Origin: an uncultured virus (IMG/VR IMGVR_UViG_3300047157_000165)
Taxonomy: Duplodnaviria > Heunggongvirae > Uroviricota > Caudoviricetes
Direction: 5' to 3' (one strand)
DNA length: 64,000 nucleotides
Virus record (IMG/VR): IMGVR_UViG_3300047157_000165
The position numbers and the translations under genes were made by a program. Positions 41,067-50,444 of the stretch are shown here, in pieces. Position 1 is the stretch's first letter. Each line of letters begins with the position of its first letter. The notes below the pieces were generated by a model that did not search any database, had not been told where the DNA came from, and saw nothing but the letters and a program-made list of their open reading frames with translations.

Positions 41067-41372
41067 ATGGCAAGTATAATTAACTCAAGCATTAATCTTA
41101 GTGAAATACCTAAAGAAAAAATCATTAACGGAAAAAAAGGTAAGTATTTACCAATTACAATTACACTAAATGATGAACAAGATAAATTTGGAAATGATGG
41201 TCCTATAATTGTTCAACAAACAAAAGAAGAAAGAGAATCAAAAGTTGAAAAGAAATACTTAGGTAATGTAAAAGTAGTTTGGAGTAATGGATCAAACGTC
41301 GAGCCTAAAAGAGAAACAACTGCACCTCAGCAAGTAACTAACAATAATCAAGGAGACGATTTACCATTTTAA
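41067..41372 (+). CDS. Putative single-stranded DNA-binding protein
   Basis: Acidic DDLPF tail; between exonuclease and primase. Confidence 0.6.
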   Translation: MASIINSSINLSEIPKEKIINGKKGKYLPITITLNDEQDKFGNDGPIIVQQTKEERESKVEKKYLGNVKVVWSNGSNVEPKRETTAPQQVTNNNQGDDLPF

Positions 41373-41385
41373 AAAATAAAAATAC

Positions 41386-43110
41386 ATGCACGTTAATGAC
41401 GTAGAAATCAATGGATTTTCAATTGATAATTTTAATCAATATGATTTGGAAGTTGGCAAGACACAAGGTGTTTGCCCTAACTGTTCGCACAACAGAAAAC
41501 CAAAAAATAGAAAAAATAAATGTGCTTCATATGATTGGGAAAGAGGTTTAGGCACCTGTCACAATTGTAATACTACTTTTCAATTACATACATACCTTAG
41601 AAAAGGAGATACAGAAAAAGTGTACGTTAGACCTGATGCTATAGATGTCGTTGATCCTGAGGAATTAGGCTCAAAAGTATATCAATGGTTCAAGACAAGA
41701 GGAATATCTCAGCAAACCCTTAATGACTTAAACATCACTGAGGGTTCTGAGTATATGCCACAAACAGGCAAGCACGAAAACACAATACAGTTCAATTACA
41801 TAATGGGTAATGAACTAATTAATATAAAATATAGAGATGGTCACAAAAATTTTAAGCTTTATAAAGGAGCTGAAAAAATCTTTTATAACATTAATAGTGT
41901 TGTTGGATTTGATCAGGTATATATTGTTGAAGGAGAAATGGATGTTCTTTCGTTCCACGAGGCGGGCATATTCAATGTGGTTAGTGTACCTAACGGTGCT
42001 ACGATCAACAATAATAATCTTGATTATCTTGACAATTGCATTGATTATTTTTTAGATAAAGAAAAAATTATAATAGCTGTTGATCAAGACGAAGCTGGTG
42101 AAGCTTTACAACAAGAATTAATTAGAAGACTTGGAGCTGAAATATGCTACATTATTAACTTTCAAGACGTTAAAGACGCAAATGAATACTTATTAAAATA
42201 TGGAAAAGAAAAATTACGAGAAACCGCATCTAACTCAAAACCAGTACCTCTTGAAAATGTTACAACTTTTAAGGACATTGAAAACGAAGTTGCTGATTTT
42301 GTTAAAAATGGTTTTAAACCTGGTTATCAAATTGGTATACGTAATTTTGATGATATTTTTAGTACTTACACTAGCCAGTTTATCACTGTTACTGGCATAC
42401 CATCTAGCGGAAAATCTGACTTCGTTGATCAGATGGTAGTTGGTTATAATATTAATTATAATTGGAAAACAGCTTTCGCATCACCAGAAAATGCCCCAAC
42501 TTATTTACATGCACATAAACTATTAAGAAAGTTTTGGCAAGGTATGCCAACTAGGCATGATATTAATGGGGAAAAATGGAATAAATTATCACAACACGTA
42601 GATGATAATTTCTTTTTTATTGATATGGAGCGTTATACTTTAGAATCTGTATTAAGAAAAGGAGCTGAATTAGTAAAACGTAAAGGCATTAAATGTTTAG
42701 TAATTGACCCTTTTAATAAAATAAGAGATACAGAAACTAAAACAGAAGATGTAAATAGGTATACTATGGAATATTTAACTAAAATAGAGACTTTTTGTAA
42801 AAAATATGATACATTAGTATTTATAATAGCGCATCCTACAAAAATGTATAGAGATAAAGAAGGCAATATTGAAGAACCAACAATGTATAATATAAAAGGT
42901 GGTGGTGAATGGTATGATGCTTCTTATCATGGAATACTAGTTCACAGAGATTATGAAAATAAAACTGTAAAAGCAAAAATACTTAAAGTCAAGTTTCAAA
43001 ACTTAGGAGAAAATGGTGCTGAAGCACATTTTAGATGGGAGCCAAAATCAGGAAGCTTTATTCCATTAATAACAGATCAGTTAAATGAGAAAGAATTACC
43101 GTGGGAATAA
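41386..43110 (+). CDS. Primase-helicase (T7 gp4/Twinkle-like)
   Basis: Zn finger CPNC...CHNC, TOPRIM IVEGEMD and DQDEAG, Walker A TGIPSSGKS, LVIDP. Confidence 0.9.
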   Translation: MHVNDVEINGFSIDNFNQYDLEVGKTQGVCPNCSHNRKPKNRKNKCASYDWERGLGTCHNCNTTFQLHTYLRKGDTEKVYVRPDAIDVVDPEELGSKVYQWFKTRGISQQTLNDLNITEGSEYMPQTGKHENTIQFNYIMGNELINIKYRDGHKNFKLYKGAEKIFYNINSVVGFDQVYIVEGEMDVLSFHEAGIFNVVSVPNGATINNNNLDYLDNCIDYFLDKEKIIIAVDQDEAGEALQQELIRRLGAEICYIINFQDVKDANEYLLKYGKEKLRETASNSKPVPLENVTTFKDIENEVADFVKNGFKPGYQIGIRNFDDIFSTYTSQFITVTGIPSSGKSDFVDQMVVGYNINYNWKTAFASPENAPTYLHAHKLLRKFWQGMPTRHDINGEKWNKLSQHVDDNFFFIDMERYTLESVLRKGAELVKRKGIKCLVIDPFNKIRDTETKTEDVNRYTMEYLTKIETFCKKYDTLVFIIAHPTKMYRDKEGNIEEPTMYNIKGGGEWYDASYHGILVHRDYENKTVKAKILKVKFQNLGENGAEAHFRWEPKSGSFIPLITDQLNEKELPWE

Positions 43111-43354
43111 TGGTTATGTTGTTAGATATGGAAAATATACTCCTACAGCAAACGAACATAAAGCGTATAGATGGTGTATAGCAAATGGAATTGTAATATG
43201 GCCTGAGTCAAAAATGGCAGATGAATGGAGAATTGAAATTAAGTTAAATAAAAAAAAATATTATTCACCACAGGCTTATAAAAAAATAGAGGTCTGGGAA
43301 AAAATGTTTGAATACTACGAATATTACTATAATAAATATGAAAAAAAAATATAA
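43085..43354 (+). CDS. Hypothetical protein
   Basis: 89-aa ORF in operon. Confidence 0.55.
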   Translation: MRKNYRGNNGYVVRYGKYTPTANEHKAYRWCIANGIVIWPESKMADEWRIEIKLNKKKYYSPQAYKKIEVWEKMFEYYEYYYNKYEKKI

Positions 43355-43979
43355 AAATGCTAATGAAGCTTACGAATATTTGTTAGATGAAATTATAATT
43401 AACGGAGTTGATTTTGATGATACAAAGGCAATTTTCAATTGTGGTTTCTATATAACAAACCCTCTTGATAATCACATAACAAATAAAGAAAGAAAATGGA
43501 AGTTAGATTATGCAGAGGCTGAATGGCAATGGTATTTATCAGGAGATCCTAATATAAAAACTCTAGGTAAAATATATGGTAAAATACCTCCTATATGGAA
43601 GCGTATGGCTGATAGTGAAGGAAATGTTAATAGTAATTATGGTTGGCAATGGCAACGTAATTACCAACTAGATTATGTTGTTGCAAAACTAAAAGATAAT
43701 CATAAGACAAGACACGCTGCTTTAACTATATATGATTGTAAAGAATTTGAACAATATAGAAACGACACGCCTTGTACTTATGCAGTTCAGTTTACAATAT
43801 TAGATAATAAATTAAATATGTCTGTCTACATGCGTTCTAATGACATCTGGTATGGCTTTTGCAATGATCAATATCAATTTTCATCGTTACAAAAACTAGT
43901 TGCAGATAGAGTTAAGATAAACGTTGGTTGGTATTATCACCACGCACACAATTTACACTTATATAACAATAAACTTTAA
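43338..43979 (+). CDS. Thymidylate synthase superfamily enzyme, dCMP (hydroxy)methylase-like
   Basis: Catalytic PC, MRSNDIWYGFCND, NLHLY. Confidence 0.8.
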   Translation: MKKKYKNANEAYEYLLDEIIINGVDFDDTKAIFNCGFYITNPLDNHITNKERKWKLDYAEAEWQWYLSGDPNIKTLGKIYGKIPPIWKRMADSEGNVNSNYGWQWQRNYQLDYVVAKLKDNHKTRHAALTIYDCKEFEQYRNDTPCTYAVQFTILDNKLNMSVYMRSNDIWYGFCNDQYQFSSLQKLVADRVKINVGWYYHHAHNLHLYNNKL

Positions 43980-43984
43980 AAAAA

Positions 43985-44761
43985 ATGTATTATATTTATC
44001 ATATTCCAAAGAAAAAAATAGGAGTTACTTCTAACCCTAAAATAAGAGTAGAAAAAATACAAGGTTATAAACCTAGAGAATATGAAATACTATTAAAAAC
44101 AGAAGATATAGATGAAGCTTCAAAAAAAGAAATAGAATTACAAAAACAATATGGGTATAAAATTGACACTCGATTATATAAGAATCTTAAATTTAATAAA
44201 AAAATGAAAATAAACATTACAGAGCAAACAACAACTTTTCCATTACCAACTAATAAATTAAAAGGTCGTTTAATGGATCATCTTGGATTAACATGGCAAC
44301 ACCCTGAGTTTGGAACTTTTAAATTAACTACAGAGAATATACCTTGGATCGAGAAAAATGCTCTGTCGTCTCAATATAGTAAAGACAGATGTTATATTTA
44401 TAATAAAGCTTTTTATGAAGCTTTTCAAGATGAAGGTCCTTTTAAAACAACTTCTGAAACACCTAATAGAGATATATTTCCTTTGATAAGAGATTGGGCT
44501 AGAGAAAGAGGAATATTTGACAAAGGTAATTCTCATACTCAATATGTTAAATTAATGGAAGAATCTGGCGAATTAGCTCAATCTTTATTAAAAAAAGATA
44601 AAGAAGGAATAAAAGATGCTATAGGTGATATGATTGTTGTTTTAACAAATTTATCGGAATTAGAAGGTATGTATATTGAAGATTGTATACAGTTTGCTTA
44701 TAACGAAATAAAAGATAGAAAAGGTAAAATGTCTAATGGAACTTTTGTAAAAAAATTATAA
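43985..44761 (+). CDS. GIY-YIG-like N-terminus fused to MazG-like NTP pyrophosphatase
   Basis: YYIY...KIGVT...R...E; KLMEESGELA...DAIGD. Confidence 0.7.
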   Translation: MYYIYHIPKKKIGVTSNPKIRVEKIQGYKPREYEILLKTEDIDEASKKEIELQKQYGYKIDTRLYKNLKFNKKMKINITEQTTTFPLPTNKLKGRLMDHLGLTWQHPEFGTFKLTTENIPWIEKNALSSQYSKDRCYIYNKAFYEAFQDEGPFKTTSETPNRDIFPLIRDWARERGIFDKGNSHTQYVKLMEESGELAQSLLKKDKEGIKDAIGDMIVVLTNLSELEGMYIEDCIQFAYNEIKDRKGKMSNGTFVKKL

Positions 44762-44762
44762 C

Positions 44763-45005
44763 ATGAATAAAAAAGAAATTAATTTTAGAGACCCTGTCGT
44801 TGAACGTGTAGTTGAAAAGTTTGTTGAAAGATCAAACGTTGGTTTTAAAAAATACGGCGCAACTTTAGAAACAGAAAGATTATCTAAAGTAAAAAGTTTA
44901 AAAGATTATTTAAATGATGTTCAAGAAGAACTAATGGATGCAATACTTTATATACAAGCTGCGCGCGAAGACATTGATGATATATTAAATAAAAAAAATG
45001 ATTAA
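44763..45005 (+). CDS. Small all-alpha NTP-pyrophosphatase-like protein
   Basis: RSNVGFKKYG...QEELMDAILY. Confidence 0.5.
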   Translation: MNKKEINFRDPVVERVVEKFVERSNVGFKKYGATLETERLSKVKSLKDYLNDVQEELMDAILYIQAAREDIDDILNKKND

Positions 45006-45456
45006 ACGTTATAAGAAAAAAAGCAAAAAAAAAGGTCCTGTTCAGGCTAAAAAAAGCAAATATGATGGGATAATGTTTGCCTCCGGCCTTGAGAAATATA
45101 TGTATAAGGCTTTAAAACAAGCTAAAATAAAATGTAAATATGAGGGAGAAACTTTTGTTTTAAATAATGGTTTTTATTTTGAAAATGAATGTTACGAGAG
45201 AATGTCTAATGGTAAGGGTGAATTTAAAGATAGGGGAAGAAAAAGAATATTACCTATAAAATATACGCCCGATTTCATAGGCAAAGATTATATTATAGAG
45301 TGTAAAGGAAGGGCTAACGAATCTTTTCCAATGAGATGGAAAATGTTTAAGCTTTTAGTTAGTATACAGTTTCCAAATTACAAATTGTTTAAACCACAAA
45401 ATCAAAATGAATGCGATCAGGTAGTAAAAATAATATTAGAAACTATAAAAGTTTAG
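44998..45456 (+). CDS. T7 endonuclease I-like resolvase
   Basis: FASGLE...YE...YTPDF...IIECKG. Confidence 0.8.
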   Translation: MIKRYKKKSKKKGPVQAKKSKYDGIMFASGLEKYMYKALKQAKIKCKYEGETFVLNNGFYFENECYERMSNGKGEFKDRGRKRILPIKYTPDFIGKDYIIECKGRANESFPMRWKMFKLLVSIQFPNYKLFKPQNQNECDQVVKIILETIKV

Positions 45457-45614
45457 CAAGAACAAAATATGCGGAAAGAAAAATTGATAAGTATATAAAC
45501 TGGTCAATTAAAACTAAAGGTTATATTAAATATTCTGATATAAGAAAAATACATGATAAATATAACATAAAGTGTTACGTATTATCAAACATAAAAAAAC
45601 ATAAATTTTAAAAT

Positions 45615-45767
45615 ATGAAAAAAGAAAAACAAAAAACTCAATGGGAAATTAGTTTTGGTACTTATGAAGGTGTATTGATAGGTTATAGAAATTATGACGA
45701 TGAAGATTTAATAAATCATGTTTTTTACTTGCCATTTATAGACATTTGTTTAACTATAGAAAAATAA
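45615..45767 (+). CDS. Small hypothetical protein
   Basis: Manual: MKKEKQKTQWEISFGTYEGVLIGYRNY...; ends just before nrdB. Confidence 0.55.
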   Translation: MKKEKQKTQWEISFGTYEGVLIGYRNYDDEDLINHVFYLPFIDICLTIEK

Positions 45768-45768
45768 T

Positions 45769-46746
45769 ATGAAAGCACCTATATTTACAGAAAGAATACC
45801 CTATAAACCTTTTGAATACCCTGAGTATTATACAGAGGGTTGGTTAAAGCAAGCACAAGCGTTTTGGTTACACACTGAGATACCTATGTCAGGTGATTTA
45901 AAAGACTGGAACGAAAAGTTAAATGATAAAGAAAAAAACTTAGTCGGTAATATATTACTAGGTTTTGCTCAAACCGAATGTGCAGTGTCAGATTACTGGA
46001 CACAAAAAGTTGTTGGTTGGTTTCCTAAGCATGAAATACAACAAATGGCAATGATGTTTGGTTCACAAGAAACTATACATGCTGTAGCTTATAGCTATCT
46101 AAACGAAACTTTAGGTCTTGAAGACTATGAAGCTTTTTTGCATGAACCAGCAACTGCTGAAAGATTTGAAAACCTTGTTGCCTATACTGGTAACGATCCT
46201 ATAGGTATTGGTAAATCATTAGCTACATTTTCTGCTTTTGCAGAAGGTGTTAGTTTATATTCTGCATTTGCAGTTTTATATAGTTTTCAAATGAGAAATA
46301 TGTTGAAGGGTATAGGTCAGCAAATGAAATGGTCTGTAAGAGATGAATCATTGCATAGTAAAATGGGTTGTCAATTATTTAGGCATATGTGTTCTCAAAT
46401 ACCTGGTTTAAAAGAGGAATGTAAAGAACACGTGTATGATGCAGCATTAACTATGCATAATGCAGAAATGACTTACATAAGTAAGTTATTTGAAATGGGT
46501 GATATTGAAGGAATAACAGAATATGATCTTAAACACTTTATTAAAAAACGCACGGGTGATAAAATTAAAGAACTGGGCTATAAAGCAGAAGGAAAATTTA
46601 AATTTGAATATGACCAAAAGTCAATTGACAAAATGGCTTGGTTCGACCATCTTACTGGGGGTCACACTCACACTGATTTTTTCGCTATTAGGCCGACTGA
46701 CTATAGTAAAGCTAATGAAGGCGAGGATTTTGAAGATGTTTGGTAA
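45769..46746 (+). CDS. nrdB: Ribonucleotide reductase class Ia beta subunit
   Basis: FW...E, ETIHAVAY, EGVSLYSAF, RDESLH, DFF. Confidence 0.92.
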   Translation: MKAPIFTERIPYKPFEYPEYYTEGWLKQAQAFWLHTEIPMSGDLKDWNEKLNDKEKNLVGNILLGFAQTECAVSDYWTQKVVGWFPKHEIQQMAMMFGSQETIHAVAYSYLNETLGLEDYEAFLHEPATAERFENLVAYTGNDPIGIGKSLATFSAFAEGVSLYSAFAVLYSFQMRNMLKGIGQQMKWSVRDESLHSKMGCQLFRHMCSQIPGLKEECKEHVYDAALTMHNAEMTYISKLFEMGDIEGITEYDLKHFIKKRTGDKIKELGYKAEGKFKFEYDQKSIDKMAWFDHLTGGHTHTDFFAIRPTDYSKANEGEDFEDVW

Positions 46747-46756
46747 AAAATAATAT

Positions 46757-48481
46757 ATGTGGAATAATAATTGGAAAAAAGGTGTTGATTACCCAAGCTG
46801 GGGAGACACCGATGTGTACAAAAAAACAATTGGCGGAGGCTACTTGTTAAAAGGTGAAACACCTTGGGATGCGTATAAAAGAGTTTGTAATACCGTTGCT
46901 AGACGTTTAGAACGTCCTGAAATGGCTGATAAATTTTTTGAATACATTTGGTCGGGTTGGTTGTGTCTTGCATCTCCTGTGTTGTCTAACACGGGTACAG
47001 ACAGAGGTTTACCTATCAGTTGTTTTGGTATAGATGTCGCTGACAGTATATACGATATAGGTAGTAAAAACCTAGAAATGATGTTACTCGCAAAGCACGG
47101 CGGTGGAGTAGGTATCGGAATAAATCAAATCAGACCCGCTAGTGCAAAAATTAAAGGAAATGGAACAAGTGACGGAGTTGTGCCTTTTTGTAAGATATAT
47201 GATTCAACAATACTTGCCACTAATCAAGGATCTGTCAGAAGAGGAGCTGCATCAGTTAATATCAATATTGAGCATTCCGACTTTGAAGAATGGCTTGAAA
47301 TTAGAGAGCCTAAAGGAGACGTTAATCGTCAATCCCTCAACCTTCACCAGTGCGCTGTGGTCGGCGACAAGTTCATGCGAAGAGTTGAAAGTGGAGATGT
47401 TGAAGCTAGAAAAAAATGGGGAAAGCTTTTACAAAAGCGTAAAGCAACTGGAGAACCTTATATATTATTTAAGGGAAATACAAACAAAAATAACCCAACA
47501 GCTTATAAAAAACACGGGTTAAAGGTTCATATGACTAATATATGTAGTGAAATAACTCTACATACAGATGAATCACATAGTTTCGTTTGTTGTTTATCTA
47601 GTTTAAACATAGCTAGATATGATGAATGGAAAGGAACTAATTTAATACACGATGCCACTTGGTTTTTAGATGGTGTACTAGAAGAGTTTATACAGAGATC
47701 CAAAGGTAAAGTTGGTTTTCATAATTCTGTGAGATCTGCTGAAAAAGGTAGAGCTTTAGGATTAGGCGTTTTAGGTTGGCACACGTACTTACAAGAAAAA
47801 GGGCTACCATTTGAAGGTTTATTAGCACAATATGAAACTAGAAAAATATTTTCACAAATTAAAATTGAATCTGAACGAGCTAGCATGGCTCTTGCTGAGA
47901 CTTTTGGCGAGCCTCTGTGGTGTGTTGGTACTGGTATGCGCAACACTCACTTGCGTGCTATTGCTCCCACTGTATCTAACAGCAAACTTAGCGGCAATGT
48001 ATCACCAGGAATAGAGCCTTGGGCTGCTAATGTGTTTACAGAACAATCAGCAAAAGGTACGTTTATACGTAAAAACCCTACATTAGTTAAACTTCTTAGA
48101 AAACTTAAAATAAACAATGAAACTATTTGGTCGAAAATATTAAAAGATGGAGGATCTGTGCAAGGATTAAAAGAACTCAACAAGGTAATGTTAGGTCCTT
48201 ATAATGATATACCTGCTAAAGATGTGTTTAAAACTTTTAAAGAAATTAATCAATTAGAATTAATTAACCAAGCCGGGATAAGACAACAATATATAGATCA
48301 AAGTGTAAGTTTAAACTTAGCTTTTCCTAGTGTTGCAACACCTAAGTGGATAAACAAAGTTCATTTTGAAGCTTGGAAAAAAGGTATTAAAACCCTATAT
48401 TATACTAGAACAGAGTCAGTTTTACGTGGGGATATTGCAGAACAAGCAATGGATGAAAATTGCTTAGCTTGTGACGGATAA
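46757..48481 (+). CDS. nrdA: Ribonucleotide reductase class Ia alpha subunit (short, no obvious ATP cone)
   Basis: PISCF, RRGA, TNICSEI, AIAPTVS, KTLYY, C-terminal CLAC. Confidence 0.92.
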   Translation: MWNNNWKKGVDYPSWGDTDVYKKTIGGGYLLKGETPWDAYKRVCNTVARRLERPEMADKFFEYIWSGWLCLASPVLSNTGTDRGLPISCFGIDVADSIYDIGSKNLEMMLLAKHGGGVGIGINQIRPASAKIKGNGTSDGVVPFCKIYDSTILATNQGSVRRGAASVNINIEHSDFEEWLEIREPKGDVNRQSLNLHQCAVVGDKFMRRVESGDVEARKKWGKLLQKRKATGEPYILFKGNTNKNNPTAYKKHGLKVHMTNICSEITLHTDESHSFVCCLSSLNIARYDEWKGTNLIHDATWFLDGVLEEFIQRSKGKVGFHNSVRSAEKGRALGLGVLGWHTYLQEKGLPFEGLLAQYETRKIFSQIKIESERASMALAETFGEPLWCVGTGMRNTHLRAIAPTVSNSKLSGNVSPGIEPWAANVFTEQSAKGTFIRKNPTLVKLLRKLKINNETIWSKILKDGGSVQGLKELNKVMLGPYNDIPAKDVFKTFKEINQLELINQAGIRQQYIDQSVSLNLAFPSVATPKWINKVHFEAWKKGIKTLYYTRTESVLRGDIAEQAMDENCLACDG

Positions 48482-48535
48482 AATTTGGAAAAAGCGCGCG
48501 TGAGGAAATGAGTGGTTGGTGGGATCCAAATAATT

Positions 48536-48563
48536 AAGGGGCTTTTTTAAGGCCCCTTTTTTT
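48536..48563 (+). terminator. Intrinsic terminator between convergent nrdA and endolysin
   Basis: AAGGGGC...GCCCCTT followed by T run. Confidence 0.75.
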
Positions 48564-49020
48564 ATATTTCTTTATAACAAGTTTTATTGTTGTCATCTTT
48601 ATAAGCTTGTAAACAGCGCCTCCTATTAGAATCACCGTCAACATAACTCACATGAACCCAATCAGGGTTTTGATCTGTACCGAACTCCCAAATCATCTGA
48701 TCGAAATCTAGGTTGTTTTTTATATAATTATACATGTCTTTATTAGACATATAACCATATGTGTCGTCTAAATCCATTGCACGCCCTTGACAATGTTGTG
48801 ACCTACTACTTCCACCTATTGCTTTATTTAATTTTTCAGAACGAAAGAATGAGTTAATTTTAATTGGTCCATTAACAGCTTTTCTTAATGGTTCAAATAC
48901 TTTTACAGCAATAAGTTCCATGTTTTGTAATTCATACTCGCCTGGTATATTATCTATACCTTTTCTTGATGCTGTAGCGCTGAATGTTGCTTCTTTTTTA
49001 CTAATGTGTTCACTAATCAT
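48562..49020 (-). CDS. Peptidase M15 endolysin
   Basis: INSFFRS...SQHCQGRAMD...WVHVS. Confidence 0.85.
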   Translation of the reverse strand: MISEHISKKEATFSATASRKGIDNIPGEYELQNMELIAVKVFEPLRKAVNGPIKINSFFRSEKLNKAIGGSSRSQHCQGRAMDLDDTYGYMSNKDMYNYIKNNLDFDQMIWEFGTDQNPDWVHVSYVDGDSNRRRCLQAYKDDNNKTCYKEI

Positions 49021-49022
49021 TT

Positions 49023-50444
49023 TTATAATTTAAATTTACCGCCAATTGTTATTGAATATGTTAATGGAAATGCATCTGTGCTTTTAGCTACATTAAAACC
49101 TAAATTCATTCTAAATGTTTTAGTTATAGCAAAATCAAAGTTTGCACCTCCTACAAATAATGCATGTTCGTTAAAAACAAAACCATTATCTAATGTACTG
49201 TAGCTCACGGGTGTTAAAGCGGTGGCTAACATAGGTGATACAGTAAAACGTTTAAAGGGAAATGGTTTAGTACCAAAAAATATAAATGCCGGCATTATAT
49301 TCCAATCACTTTGACTATATAGTACGTTTGCAGAGGCAGATATACCGCCAACAAACCCTTTCCATTTGTTTTCTTTTTGTCCAATATATACATTACTAAT
49401 ACCAAAAGAAGCATTATAAACACCATACATATACATTAATCCAGCGGATAATGTTTGTACGTTGGCAATACTACCTTTATCATAATAATGACCAAACACA
49501 TACTCTTTACCATCTTCTTTAATTATCACAGGTACTTTTTTATCGTATCTATGAAATGTGTGACCTCTGGATCCACTTAAACTTATTTGTTTTAAATTGT
49601 CCCAAACCATCATATTTGCTGAATAATTATATTCACCATTCATAGATGATTGTGCAAATCCCAAGCCTATTACTTGGTTAGCTGCACCATCCAACCCAGA
49701 CATTCTCATTAAATTAGCTGATATTATTATTGGGTTTGTGTTTTTCTTTTTCTTTTCTTTCTCTTCCTCTTCTTCTTCCTCCTCAGATTCTTCTTCGGAT
49801 TCCTCTTCTTCTTCCTCTTCCTCCTCTTTCTCCTCTTCTTTTTCTTCTTCCTCTTGCTCTTCTTCTTGTTCCTCTTCTGAATCATCAGAATCATCACTAT
49901 CATCAGAATCATCAGAGTCATCACCACCATCATCATCATCTCCACCGCCGTCGTCGTCACCATCACCTCCGCCATCATCATCACTGTCACCGCCTCCATC
50001 ATCACTATCGCCACCGCCGTCATCTGAATCACCTCCTCCGTCGTCACCACCACCACCATCTGAATCTCCACCAGAGTCTCCACCATTATCTCCGCCAGTA
50101 TCACCACCAGTATCACCGCCTGAATCTCCTCCTCCAGAATCAGATCCGCTATTACTATTTGAGGTGGAAGTTTGTGTTGTTGTTTGTGTTGTTTGTGCCG
50201 TAGAGCAAGCTGATAATGCATACCACCAAGCATATGTCTGCTCCATCCAAGTTCTTAATGCACCACTATAGAAATCATTTGCAGTAAATGTTTTTGTTCT
50301 ATTATAAAAAGAAACTACAGTATAACCTTCTGTATTAACAGCTACGCTTTTTAGCTCTCCCGTGCATCTATCCGAAAATATTTGTACTAATGTTTGAGAA
50401 TATATACTTGAGGAAAATAATAACAGAATTATTATTTTTTTCAT
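49023..50444 (-). CDS. Exported protein with acidic linker and probable outer-membrane beta-barrel
   Basis: Signal peptide MKKIIILLLFSSSIYSQ; alternating beta strands; terminal YSITIGGKFKL. Confidence 0.6.
   Translation of the reverse strand: MKKIIILLLFSSSIYSQTLVQIFSDRCTGELKSVAVNTEGYTVVSFYNRTKTFTANDFYSGALRTWMEQTYAWWYALSACSTAQTTQTTTQTSTSNSNSGSDSGGGDSGGDTGGDTGGDNGGDSGGDSDGGGGDDGGGDSDDGGGDSDDGGGDSDDDGGGDGDDDGGGDDDDGGDDSDDSDDSDDSDDSEEEQEEEQEEEEKEEEKEEEEEEEEESEEESEEEEEEEEKEKKKKNTNPIIISANLMRMSGLDGAANQVIGLGFAQSSMNGEYNYSANMMVWDNLKQISLSGSRGHTFHRYDKKVPVIIKEDGKEYVFGHYYDKGSIANVQTLSAGLMYMYGVYNASFGISNVYIGQKENKWKGFVGGISASANVLYSQSDWNIMPAFIFFGTKPFPFKRFTVSPMLATALTPVSYSTLDNGFVFNEHALFVGGANFDFAITKTFRMNLGFNVAKSTDAFPLTYSITIGGKFKL
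49740..50140 (-). repeat. Low-complexity coding tract (GGD, DDS, poly-E, poly-K)
   Basis: Short codon repeats inside 49023-50444. Confidence 0.85.

Noticed and set aside
48483..48531. GC-rich stretch closed by ATTTGGA/TCCAAAT after nrdA
   Set aside because: A single short stem with no recognisable motif; not enough to call an RNA
49727..50271. His-rich, Ser/Pro-rich and Met/Val-rich ORFs
   Set aside because: Shadow frames of the acidic low-complexity tract
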